A program made the position numbers and the translations under genes. From Cyanobacteria bacterium P01_A01_bin.123 (lineage in GTDB: Bacteria; Cyanobacteriota; Cyanobacteriia; Phormidesmidales; Phormidesmidaceae), in assembly GCA_039815185.1 (NCBI GenBank), contig JBCBZT010000043.1, forward strand, positions 1-64,000: a stretch of 64,000 nt of DNA, in the 5' to 3' direction. Below the pieces are notes generated by a model. It was not told the origin of the DNA, searched no databases, and was given only the letters and a program-made list of their open reading frames with translations. Position 1 is the first letter of the stretch. Each line of letters begins with the position of its first letter. Of the stretch, positions 42,497 to 52,184 are shown in pieces.

Positions 42497-45400
42497 ATGG
42501 TAGAACAGCACGGAGCAAATCCATCCAACCCGATGGTGTTTCGCAATCGCATCATCGACAAGAAGCAGATGAAAAAGCTGATTTCTTGGTCGTTTGCTAA
42601 CTATGGCACTGCCCGCACGGCACAGATGGCAGATAATCTTAAAGACTTAGGATTTCGATATGCCACTCGAGCCGGGGTTTCCATTAGCGTTGATGACTTG
42701 CAGGTGCCAGCAGGCAAGCGGAATTTGTTGAAGGTTGCAGAGGAAGATATCCGCGATACGGAAGAGCGCTATACCCGAGGCGAAATAACGGAAGTAGAGC
42801 GCTTCCAAAAGGTAATTGATACCTGGAACGGCACCAGCGAAAATCTGACCAAGGAGGTGGTTCGTAACTTTAAAGAGAACAATCCCCTCAACTCGGTCTA
42901 TATGATGGCTTTTTCAGGTGCCCGAGGCAATATCTCCCAGGTTCGACAGCTCGTGGGTATGCGGGGATTAATGGCAAATCCTCAAGGACAGATCATTGAT
43001 CTACCCATTAAGACCAACTTCCGAGAAGGCTTGACGGTAACTGAATACGTTATTTCCTCATACGGTGCTCGCAAAGGTCTAGTGGATACAGCCTTGAGAA
43101 CGGCAGACTCCGGGTATCTCACCCGGCGTCTTGTAGACGTGTCTCAAGATGTGATCATTCGTGAAATAGATTGTGGCACGGATCGCAGCATTCCCATCGG
43201 CAATATGACCGATGGCGATCGCGTGTTGATTCCCATCGAAGACCGTCTGCTGGGGCGAGTTGTAGCCCAAGATGTAGTTCATCCCAAAACCGGTGAACTC
43301 ATTGCGCCCCGCAATCAGGATATTTCAGAAGAACTCGCCGAAGAAATTGCCGCCGCTAAGGTGGAGACTGTGATGGTGCGCTCAGCCCTGACCTGCGAAG
43401 CGACCCGATCTGTATGTCAGCACTGCTATGGTTGGAGCTTGGCCCATTCTCATATGGTAGATCTGGGTGAAGCCGTCGGCATTATTGCCGCTCAATCTAT
43501 TGGTGAACCCGGCACTCAGCTGACGATGCGGACTTTTCACACCGGCGGGACAGTGACGAGCGAAATGGCCCAGCAAGTCTTAGCCCAAATGGACGGCGTC
43601 CTGAGATTGCCTTCTAAGCAGGTGCGTACCCGTGCTTTCCGAACCCGTCACGGGGATGAAGCTCTGGTGATGGAGTCTCCGACCGACGTGGTGGTTGAAG
43701 GTAACAACGGTAAGAAACAAACGTTTTCCCTCCCCCAGGGGGCGATTCTGTATTTCCACGCAGGTGATACGGTTAAGGCCAAACAGATGCTTGCCGAGTT
43801 ACCTAGCGCTGGTCGGGTGCGGAAGGTAACAGAGAAGGCCAGTAAGGATGTAACCTCTGACTTAGCGGGTGAGGTGCTCTTTGCCGGATTAGTGCAAGAA
43901 GAGAAAATCGACCGTCAGGGTAACACCACCCGTCTTGCCCAACGGGGGGGACTAATATGGGTGCTCTCTGGTGAGGTATATAACCTGCCGCCTGGGGCCG
44001 AACCCGTTGTCAAAAATGGGGATCGCGTCGACGCAGGCGGTATCTTAGCTGAGACTCGGTTGATGACAGAGCGGGGCGGCATTGTTCGTTTGCCAGAGGA
44101 AGTTACTGAAAGCGATGGCAAAGGGGGCCGAGAAGTTGAAATCATTACGGCTTCCGTGATGCTCGATCGTGCTGACGTCAAAGCTGAGAGTAGCCAGGGG
44201 CGAGAACACTATGTGATTGAAACTGCTGGCGGGCAGCGCTTCTCGTTAATTGCTACCCCTGGGGCTAAAGTTACCCATAATCAAGTGGTTGCCGAACTAG
44301 AAGACGATCGCTACCATACCCAAACTGGTGGTATCCTCAAATACGCTGGCGTTGAAGTTGCCAAGCGAGGAAAAGCCAAACAGGGATACGAAGTCACGAA
44401 AGGCGGCACCCTGCTGTGGATTCCGGAAGAGGCTCACGAAGTCAATAAAGACATCTCCCTACTGCTGGTCGAAGACGGCCAATATGTGGAAGCGGGCACT
44501 GAAGTGGTCAAAGATATCTTCTGCCAAAGCAGCGGTGTGGTCGAGGTTACCCAAAAGAACGACATCCTGCGCGAAATTGTGGTGAAGCCTGGGGAAATTC
44601 ACATGGTGGATTCTCCAGAGGACGTCATGGAGCGGAATGGGACGGTAGCCTCAGCCGGAGAAGAGGTGATGCCAGGGCTAACGGTAGAGGAGTTAGTCTA
44701 CGTCGAGTATGTCGAAACGCCTGATGGCCCCGCACTGCTCCTGCGCCCAATCATCGAATTTGCCGTTCCTGATGAGCCCGATGTTCCCAGCCAAGACTCA
44801 GTCAGCGATGACAGCAATAACGAAATTCGGCTGCGGGCAATTCAGCGGATTCCCTTCAAAGATGGGGAACGGGTAAAGTCCGTTGAAGGTTTGGAGCTAT
44901 TGCGAACCCAATTGGTTCTGGAAATTGGCGAAAATTCTCCGCAGTTAGCTGCTGATATCGAACTGGTTACTGACGAATCCAATGCTGATCTGATGCGGTT
45001 GCAGTTGGTGATTCTTGAATCTCTGGTCATTCGCCGAGATGTCGTTGCCGATCAAACCCAAGGCAGCACCAAAACCCGATTGCTGGTTAAAGATGGGGAT
45101 CAAATTGAGCCCGGTGCTGTGGTTGCCCGGACGGAGATTCTGTGTAAAGAAACGGGTGAAATTCGCGGGATTCGTGAAGGTGAAGAAGCGATGATCCGCA
45201 GGGTATTGGTGGTTCGATCGATCGATCGCCATAGCATCCCAACTGATGGTAAACCCGCAACGGTATCCGTTGGCGATTTGATTGTCGCTGGACAAGGGGT
45301 AGCCGATGGCATCATCGCTGACGACTCTGGTCAAGTTGTTGAAGTCAATGACGCCGAAGTGGTGTTGCGTATTGCCCGCCCCTATCGCGTATCAACGGGT

Positions 45401-46489
45401 GCGGTTTTACATATCGAAGACGGCGACTTAGTCCAGCGGGGTGACAACCTGGTGCTGTTGGTATTTGAGCGGGCAAAAACAGGAGATATCATTCAGGGTC
45501 TTCCCCGGATTGAAGAACTGCTGGAAGCTCGTAAACCTAAGGAAGCCTGCATTCTTGCTGAGCGTCCTGGGACAGCCCAAGTCGTTTACGGTGAAGATGA
45601 AACCGTCGAAGTTAAAGTGGTCGAAGATGACGGTGTGGTCACTGAATATCCCATGAGCCCCGGGCAAAACGCATTGGTTTCTGACGGTCAAACCGTGGTC
45701 ACTGCCGAAGCGCTTACCGATGGGCCGGCAAATCCTCACCAAATTTTGGAAGTGTTCTTCAAATTCCACCGAGAATCGAAAGGTGTTCACGAGTCTGCAA
45801 TGCTGAGCCTGCAACAAGTGCAGACTTTCTTGGTGAATGAGGTGCAGTCGGTGTATCAATCCCAGGGCATTGATATTTCCGATAAGCACATTGAAGTAAT
45901 CGTGCGCCAAATGACCTCTAAGGCACGGGTAGATGACGGCGGAGATACCACCATGCTACCGGGTGAGTTGGTTGAAATTTACCAGGTTGAGCAGGTGAAC
46001 GAAGCCATGTCAATCACAGGTGGGGCCCCCGCAGAATATACCCCAATGCTGTTGGGGATCACCAAGGCATCGCTGAATACCGACAGCTTTATTTCAGCAG
46101 CCAGCTTCCAAGAAACGACTCGGGTGTTAACGGAAGCGGCTATTGAAGGCAAATCTGACTGGTTGCGGGGCCTTAAAGAGAACGTCATCATTGGCCGCTT
46201 GATTCCTGCAGGGACAGGCTTCAACGCTTACGAAGAGTCGACTGCAGCAGAAATCGATACCTCATTAGACAGCGCCCTGCTTGAAGATGGGTTCGATTTG
46301 CAAGATGTGATCTTAGATGACCGTACCGCTCGGTCTTACAACCTTGACGGTGGGCTCGATATGCTCACTGACGATGGGGCGGGACGGGGTGACCCGTCGT
46401 CTCGCACGGGTAATGGCGGCGGTTACTCTGCCTTTTTAGAGGACAGCGATGCCCTGATTGATGATCATACTCAAGCTCCTCCGGAGTAG
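42497..46489 (+). CDS. rpoC2: RNA polymerase beta' subunit (cyanobacterial delta part)
   Basis: [25 protein letters not shown], large SI3 insertion, [16 protein letters not shown]. Confidence 0.99.
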   Translation: MVEQHGANPSNPMVFRNRIIDKKQMKKLISWSFANYGTARTAQMADNLKDLGFRYATRAGVSISVDDLQVPAGKRNLLKVAEEDIRDTEERYTRGEITEVERFQKVIDTWNGTSENLTKEVVRNFKENNPLNSVYMMAFSGARGNISQVRQLVGMRGLMANPQGQIIDLPIKTNFREGLTVTEYVISSYGARKGLVDTALRTADSGYLTRRLVDVSQDVIIREIDCGTDRSIPIGNMTDGDRVLIPIEDRLLGRVVAQDVVHPKTGELIAPRNQDISEELAEEIAAAKVETVMVRSALTCEATRSVCQHCYGWSLAHSHMVDLGEAVGIIAAQSIGEPGTQLTMRTFHTGGTVTSEMAQQVLAQMDGVLRLPSKQVRTRAFRTRHGDEALVMESPTDVVVEGNNGKKQTFSLPQGAILYFHAGDTVKAKQMLAELPSAGRVRKVTEKASKDVTSDLAGEVLFAGLVQEEKIDRQGNTTRLAQRGGLIWVLSGEVYNLPPGAEPVVKNGDRVDAGGILAETRLMTERGGIVRLPEEVTESDGKGGREVEIITASVMLDRADVKAESSQGREHYVIETAGGQRFSLIATPGAKVTHNQVVAELEDDRYHTQTGGILKYAGVEVAKRGKAKQGYEVTKGGTLLWIPEEAHEVNKDISLLLVEDGQYVEAGTEVVKDIFCQSSGVVEVTQKNDILREIVVKPGEIHMVDSPEDVMERNGTVASAGEEVMPGLTVEELVYVEYVETPDGPALLLRPIIEFAVPDEPDVPSQDSVSDDSNNEIRLRAIQRIPFKDGERVKSVEGLELLRTQLVLEIGENSPQLAADIELVTDESNADLMRLQLVILESLVIRRDVVADQTQGSTKTRLLVKDGDQIEPGAVVARTEILCKETGEIRGIREGEEAMIRRVLVVRSIDRHSIPTDGKPATVSVGDLIVAGQGVADGIIADDSGQVVEVNDAEVVLRIARPYRVSTGAVLHIEDGDLVQRGDNLVLLVFERAKTGDIIQGLPRIEELLEARKPKEACILAERPGTAQVVYGEDETVEVKVVEDDGVVTEYPMSPGQNALVSDGQTVVTAEALTDGPANPHQILEVFFKFHRESKGVHESAMLSLQQVQTFLVNEVQSVYQSQGIDISDKHIEVIVRQMTSKARVDDGGDTTMLPGELVEIYQVEQVNEAMSITGGAPAEYTPMLLGITKASLNTDSFISAASFQETTRVLTEAAIEGKSDWLRGLKENVIIGRLIPAGTGFNAYEESTAAEIDTSLDSALLEDGFDLQDVILDDRTARSYNLDGGLDMLTDDGAGRGDPSSRTGNGGGYSAFLEDSDALIDDHTQAPPE

Positions 46490-46514
46490 TTTATTGTTGA
46501 TCTACTCAATCATT

Positions 46515-46550
46515 CAAAAAGGCTCCTAAGTAGTTTAGGAGCCTTTTTTG
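46515..46550. terminator. Bidirectional intrinsic terminator after rpoC2
   Basis: AAAAAGGCTCCTAA-GTAGT-TTAGGAGCCTTTTTT. Confidence 0.88.
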
Positions 46551-46632
46551 TCTGGCACAAAGCCTGGCGAGGTGGAATGACAGAGGCAGAAGTTTGTGCT
46601 CAAATACAAATCGAACACAAGCTGGCTTGGCG

Positions 46633-47247
46633 CTATTGCAAAGCGGCCTGTTGAGTATGCATGGCCCGCAAAACTAAGGCGGGATCAACCCAGCTGCCCT
46701 GATATTTAAGTGCCCAGTGGAGATGAGGGCCAGTCGTGCGTCCCGTCATGCCAACGCGGCCAATGCGAGCCCCCGAAGGCACTTGCTGACCTACGATGAT
46801 TTGCACACCACCCTGGCGATCGATAATAGCACGCCGACCACCATCGTTCACCACATGGCCGTGCATATGACAATAAATATGTCGCCAGTCGCCAGATTCA
46901 ATCACCACGGAAGTCCCACAAGCCGTGTTGTCAGACACCTCAACAACTCGACCGGCCCACCAGTTGCGGATATAGCTGCCTGAAGGCGCTGCAATGTCTA
47001 AACCATAATGAAATTGCTGACCACCACCGTAGGGAGAATTGCGATAACCAAAGGGTGAGGTATAGGCTTGGAAATTTTCTACTGGGAAAGATGCCGTTGA
47101 CCAAGCCGTCAACGTAGCTTGCATTTGCTCAGTGGCAAGGGCTTTGGTTTCGATTTGACGGGGGCCAATCTCAGCTAACCCCAAAACTAGCGCAGTCGCG
47201 AGCAACAAACTGCCACTGTAGGAAAACAAAGGTTTCAAACGCAGCAT
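46633..47247 (-). CDS. M23 family metallopeptidase
   Basis: HYGLD, YCHM, GRTTGPHLH; N-terminal signal/TM. Confidence 0.92.
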   Translation of the reverse strand: MLRLKPLFSYSGSLLLATALVLGLAEIGPRQIETKALATEQMQATLTAWSTASFPVENFQAYTSPFGYRNSPYGGGQQFHYGLDIAAPSGSYIRNWWAGRVVEVSDNTACGTSVVIESGDWRHIYCHMHGHVVNDGGRRAIIDRQGGVQIIVGQQVPSGARIGRVGMTGRTTGPHLHWALKYQGSWVDPALVLRAMHTQQAALQ

Positions 47248-47508
47248 AGGAATAGAGCGAATTAGGTCTGCAAAAATCGATCAAATTTTCTAAAACGTCT
47301 CCACTAATGTCTGAGGACAAAAGCGAAGAGCTTAAGTAAGTAGCATCTCTATAACCGAGAAACATTAACCAGTAATGCAGCAAAGCATACCTCAATTTAT
47401 GCCGACTGGAAAAGATTTAAGCAGAATTTACATTGTCAGATCAGCGCCTCAAATTAAATGAGGTTTATCTATCATCTGGCCAAGTTTAATAATGCCAGAA
47501 TGAACTAT

Positions 47509-47964
47509 TTATTGAGCTACGATTTGATCGCCTTCAAGGGCAACCTCATAGGTATTTAAGGGTTGAGTCGCAGGTCCTTGGGCAAGTGAGCCATCAGCGT
47601 TAAATTGAGAGTTGTGGCAAGGGCAAACAAACAGCGTTTGGTCAGACTGCCATTCCACGTTGCAGCCGGAATGAGGGCAGACGGGGTTAACCCCAATCAC
47701 GCTTTCATCATCGGCAGGATCGCGGATTAATAGCACCGGGCCAATGATCGCTTGCTCGTTTAAGAGTTGCCCTGCTTCATCGAGTTCTGCAACGGTGCCC
47801 AGCGCTTCGCCGCCAGCAGCATCTGTATCACCTGTAGCAGTGGTATCTTCACCGGGCGCATCCGCAGCGGGCGGAGAGTCACCGTCACAGGCAGCCAGCA
47901 CAATGGGAAGAGATGTTGCGAGCGCGCCAATACCGACCCAAGCTGTAAAATCACGTCGATTCAT
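47509..47964 (-). CDS. Tat-exported Rieske 2Fe-2S lipoprotein (PetC3-like)
   Basis: NRRDF twin-Arg, LAAC lipobox, CPHSGC and CPCHNS. Confidence 0.85.
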   Translation of the reverse strand: MNRRDFTAWVGIGALATSLPIVLAACDGDSPPAADAPGEDTTATGDTDAAGGEALGTVAELDEAGQLLNEQAIIGPVLLIRDPADDESVIGVNPVCPHSGCNVEWQSDQTLFVCPCHNSQFNADGSLAQGPATQPLNTYEVALEGDQIVAQ

Positions 47965-48005
47965 GGGAAATCCTTCTACTCTCTAAACCAGTCAGAATGA
48001 ATCAT

Positions 48006-48038
48006 AGCTAAAGAGACGGGATTTGCGTCTCTTTAGCT
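48006..48038. terminator. Hairpin downstream of putA (terminator or REP-like)
   Basis: AGCTAAAGAGACG-N7-CGTCTCTTTAGCT perfect 13-bp stem. Confidence 0.55.
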
Positions 48039-48145
48039 CCACGGATATCTGTTGGAATACCTGCTATCCGCTTTGAAAACGCGAATAGAGGCGTAAAGCC
48101 CTTCACGCCTGCAGGAAGACCATTGGCTCTGGATCTGGTAAAGAT

Positions 48146-51100
48146 TTATTCCATCCCCGCAACTGGGGCAAACCCCTGGCGTTGAATATTTTCGGTCACG
48201 ACGCGGGGTTCAAGGAACTGGAGCAGGTAGTCTGGGCCGCCTGCTTTAGACCCCACCCCTGACATCTTCATCCCGCCAAAGGGTTGGCGGGACACGATGG
48301 CACCGGTAATTCCCCTGTTGATGTAGAGGTTGCCGGTGACATACTCCTGCTGGACTCGTTCAATATGAGATGGGGTGCGTGAGAACAATCCGCCAGTTAA
48401 ACCATAGTTGGTATCGTTAGCGATCGCGATCGCGCTGTCAAAGTCTTGGGCTTTAATGACTGCCAATACCGGGCCAAAAATCTCCTCTTGAGCCAGAGAA
48501 GACTGGGGGTCAACATCTTTAAAGACAGTCGGCCCCACATAGAATCCCCCTTCGGGAGCGGGCATTTCTAGGGCTAGGGTAGCGTCTTGTTTACCCCGGG
48601 TAATGGCTTGCACAATGCGATCGCGGGCGATCTGATCAATCACTGGCCCCACCTGGGTGCTGGCATCAGCGGCATTCCCCACATTTAAAGACCGGGTCGC
48701 TTCTACCAAACGTTCTACAAACGTGTCATAAATCGATTCCAGGACGATCACGCGGGAGCAGGCCGAGCATTTCTGGCCGCTGTAGCCGAAGGCGGAATAG
48801 ACAATCCCTTGCACGGCCTGATCAAGGTCGGCGCTTTCGTCGATGATGGCACCGTTTTTGCCCCCCATCTCGGCCACCACTCGCTTCAGATGACGCTGAC
48901 CGGGACGCACTTGGGCGGCTTCGGCGTAGATTTGGCAACCCACCTCCTGTGACCCGGTAAACGTAATCATGTGTACGTCGGGATGTTTCACCAGGTAGGC
49001 TCCCACGGTTGAGCCTTTGCTGGGGACAAACTGGAAGACGCCGTTGGGCATGCCCGCCTCAATTAGGATGTCGGCGATCTGGGCCGCAATTACTGAAGCC
49101 GTTTCTGCCGGTTTAAATAAGGTGCAGTTGCCCGTTACCAGGGCAGCTACAGTCATCCCCGTGGCGATCGCGCAGGGGAAGTTCCAAGGCGAAATCACCA
49201 CCACAATGCCTCGGGGGAAGTAGCGCAGGCGATTGGTCTCGCCGGGATAGTCGTAGGCATAACCTTGATCAAGCCGCTCCATCTCGTCGGCATAGTAGCG
49301 ACAGAAGTCGATGGCTTCAGAGACTTCGGCATCACATTCTTGCAGGGGCTTACCCACTTCGACCATGATCCAGGCCGATAGCTTAGCGCGCCGATCGCTC
49401 ATCAGATCGGCCGCCCGTCGCAGAATGGCGGCGCGTTCGCTTGCTGGAGTGGCCTGCCATGCGGGGAAAGCGGCTTTGGCCGCAGCGATCGCTTGGTCAG
49501 CTTGAGCCTCACTAATCAACCCAATTTTGCCCACCAGTTCTGAAGATTGGGAAGGGTTGAGCGAGTCTTTCAAAACGTCGGTTGCCACCTTTTCGCCATC
49601 AATGATTGGCAAATAGGTCTGACCTAATTGCGCGCGCACCGTTTTCAAAGCAGCAGTAGCCTGGCTCCGATAATCTACCTGTGCGTAGTCGGTGTTGGCG
49701 GCGTTGGTAAAGGGCACATCGGCATTGCCCAAATGGGGTGCCAGGTCACCCTGGTCAATGTCAGCAAATTCGGGGGCGGCCAGGAGATCATCTATCGGCC
49801 GATCTTCCAAGTTTTGCCGTAGGAAAGAAGAGTTCACCGTGTTTTCGAGCAGGCGACGAATCAGGTAAGACATGCCTGGAATCAAGTCACCGTAAGGGCA
49901 GTAGACTCGTACCCGGTAGCCCTTATCGACCATTGCCTTAGCCAGCTTATCGGCCATGCCGTAGAGCACCTGGAGCTCAATCCGGCGTTTGGGGATGTTG
50001 AGCCGTTCTGCGATCGCCATGGCATAGGCTTGGGAACGCACATTGTGACTGCCGATGGCTGCGTAGAGGTAGTCATGATTTTCCAACAGCAGTTGGGTCA
50101 TGCGCTCAAAGTTGGCGTCGGTGGACACCTTTTGGCTGTAGACGGGTTGGGGCCAGTCTTGTTGTATGGCTTTGATCGTTTCTTGATCCCAATACGCCCC
50201 TTTGACCAGGCGAATGGTAATCGGCGTACCCCGTTCTTTGGCCCAGGTAATCATGGCTTGGAGGTCGCCGTAACTATCGCGCAAATAGGCTTGTAGGGTG
50301 ACGCCAATGTCGCTGCGATCGCGAAACTCATCTTCCATCAAAACCGATTTTAGGGTGGCTAGCGTCAGGTCCTTATAGACGTACTGCTCCATATCAAAGT
50401 GGATCAACGCTCCCATTGCTTTCGCCCGACGCAGCAGCGTGCGCATGTGGTCGCTCACCCGCGCCTGGGAGCCCTCAGCATCCACTGGGTCAAACTGAGA
50501 ATAAAACGCGGTCAGCTTTACCGACACCTGCACCTTGGGCAGGGCTTCATCGTCAGCCGTGTCGATGGCGTTAACCGTTGACCATTTTTTAGACGCTTCA
50601 GTCAACTCAGCGATCAGGTTCAAATACTTGTCGAGGTAGGCCTGGGCTTCGACCTCCGTGATCACCGCTTCTCCCAAGAGGTCAATGGTGAAGGTCATCC
50701 GTTCCTTGCGGAGCCGCTCAATGGTTTTGAGCGCTTGGGGAATGGTCTCACCACAAATGTATTTGAAAGCCAGCGTCTCCACTGCTTTTGAAACAGTCGT
50801 AGCGGCAAGCTGCCCCGGCATAGAATTCGGGTCGGTAAAGTTCAGCAGTCCCTTGAGGGCCGATGGCAACTCTACGGATTCATCGCCTAAATATTCTTGC
50901 AGGTGGCGGGCAATTTCGGCTTTGCTGCGCAAGGAGGGTAAACAGTCAATGAAGCGAAAGAGCTGCACCCGCAAGCCGGGATTTTCCATGGCAATGCCAA
51001 GCAGCTTGTCATCCCAGCGGACTTGATCGCGCATTTGCGCCAGCAGCGATCGCTTTTCTCGCGTTGCCGACAGCAACGCTTTAGCAATTTTTTGGGTATC

Positions 51101-51148
51101 TGTTTCGTAGTTTGATCGAGACGTTGTTTGGGGAACCTGTACTACCAC
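48146..51148 (-). CDS. putA: Bifunctional proline dehydrogenase / glutamate-semialdehyde dehydrogenase
   Basis: PRODH (DLLGE, RLVKGAYW, YLIRRLLEN) plus ALDH (SPWNFP, EMGGKN, GQKCSA, EEIFGP). Confidence 0.95.
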   Translation of the reverse strand: MVVQVPQTTSRSNYETDTQKIAKALLSATREKRSLLAQMRDQVRWDDKLLGIAMENPGLRVQLFRFIDCLPSLRSKAEIARHLQEYLGDESVELPSALKGLLNFTDPNSMPGQLAATTVSKAVETLAFKYICGETIPQALKTIERLRKERMTFTIDLLGEAVITEVEAQAYLDKYLNLIAELTEASKKWSTVNAIDTADDEALPKVQVSVKLTAFYSQFDPVDAEGSQARVSDHMRTLLRRAKAMGALIHFDMEQYVYKDLTLATLKSVLMEDEFRDRSDIGVTLQAYLRDSYGDLQAMITWAKERGTPITIRLVKGAYWDQETIKAIQQDWPQPVYSQKVSTDANFERMTQLLLENHDYLYAAIGSHNVRSQAYAMAIAERLNIPKRRIELQVLYGMADKLAKAMVDKGYRVRVYCPYGDLIPGMSYLIRRLLENTVNSSFLRQNLEDRPIDDLLAAPEFADIDQGDLAPHLGNADVPFTNAANTDYAQVDYRSQATAALKTVRAQLGQTYLPIIDGEKVATDVLKDSLNPSQSSELVGKIGLISEAQADQAIAAAKAAFPAWQATPASERAAILRRAADLMSDRRAKLSAWIMVEVGKPLQECDAEVSEAIDFCRYYADEMERLDQGYAYDYPGETNRLRYFPRGIVVVISPWNFPCAIATGMTVAALVTGNCTLFKPAETASVIAAQIADILIEAGMPNGVFQFVPSKGSTVGAYLVKHPDVHMITFTGSQEVGCQIYAEAAQVRPGQRHLKRVVAEMGGKNGAIIDESADLDQAVQGIVYSAFGYSGQKCSACSRVIVLESIYDTFVERLVEATRSLNVGNAADASTQVGPVIDQIARDRIVQAITRGKQDATLALEMPAPEGGFYVGPTVFKDVDPQSSLAQEEIFGPVLAVIKAQDFDSAIAIANDTNYGLTGGLFSRTPSHIERVQQEYVTGNLYINRGITGAIVSRQPFGGMKMSGVGSKAGGPDYLLQFLEPRVVTENIQRQGFAPVAGME

Positions 51149-51374
51149 TGATATTTCTCTCCTAGTCTTGCCCTCGCGATGATTTAAACCGTAGCGAACT
51201 CTGACTTAACGCCGGGTTAAACCAAAGGCCATCTAAAGGGTTAGGGTTCGTTGACAGTTCCCATTATCCTCACTGGTTAAGCATTTGGGGCAGTTTGAGG
51301 CGGTTTCTTTACCCCCAGAAATGTAACCAGATCATGATTTACTAGCCTGCAAATATCCCTCACGATCCCTGCTG

Positions 51375-52091
51375 TCAGCGCCCCTGTGCCCTTTGGACAT
51401 TTTCAAGATCACACACTGTGACCGTCATCTTCTCCAAGGCTTTCAACCCTTTCAAAGAACCTCGAATTAACCACATCGCAGCTAGCGGACGCTTCAGAAA
51501 ATTCAGCGCCAAAAGAATCGGCTTGATAGACCCATCAGGCCCAATTGCGTTAGAAATTTCGGGTAAATCATGGTGGCAATCGTCGCTAATGACTCGCAGG
51601 ATAGCGATTTTGCAATAGGGCGATGCTCTCAACAAAGGCACGCTTTCCATGTCTACAACGGCAGCCCCATAGCGATCGCGCAATTGTTGCTTTTCAGCCG
51701 CGGTGGTAATTACGCGATCGCACGTTACCCCAGTTCCTAGTGTGATGTTAGTAAGTCGCCGAGCAAGCCAATGGGTAAGGGGGCGATCGCACCCACAAGC
51801 CTCTAGTTCGTTAGCTTTCATGCCGTCCCAAACCCCCTCTATCAGCACCCCGTCCCCGATGTCATACTGGGGCGAAAGACTCCCCCCGAGCCCCATGAGC
51901 AACACGCCACCAGACTTGAGAATGGCTCGATTTTTAGCCTCGGCTAGGAAGGTTTGCACCGCCTGGGGTCCTGCCGGAATGGGGATAATTTGGGGGCCAT
52001 TTTTAGTCTGTTTCAGGGCTCGACTCACCGCCCGGTATTCTGCCCCAGTGGGCACTAAGATCACCTGAATCTCAGCATTTTCAGCAGGCAT
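51375..52091 (-). CDS. hpnG: Nucleoside-phosphorylase-like protein, HpnG-type
   Basis: GLGGSL, VDMES, LRVISDD; hopanoid-cluster context. Confidence 0.7.
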   Translation of the reverse strand: MPAENAEIQVILVPTGAEYRAVSRALKQTKNGPQIIPIPAGPQAVQTFLAEAKNRAILKSGGVLLMGLGGSLSPQYDIGDGVLIEGVWDGMKANELEACGCDRPLTHWLARRLTNITLGTGVTCDRVITTAAEKQQLRDRYGAAVVDMESVPLLRASPYCKIAILRVISDDCHHDLPEISNAIGPDGSIKPILLALNFLKRPLAAMWLIRGSLKGLKALEKMTVTVCDLENVQRAQGR

Positions 52092-52184
52092 AAACGCTGT
52101 CCTGTTTTGGATTTTAGGGTTGCAATTTTAGATTACAAACAGCTTACAGCAAGAGATTTTGAGCTTTATAGCGCTATCAAAAGC

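Noticed and set aside
37097..46489. Split rpoC and large rpoC2 insertion; possible inteins
   Set aside because: The split and SI3 insertion are standard for cyanobacteria; lengths are normal with no intein motifs
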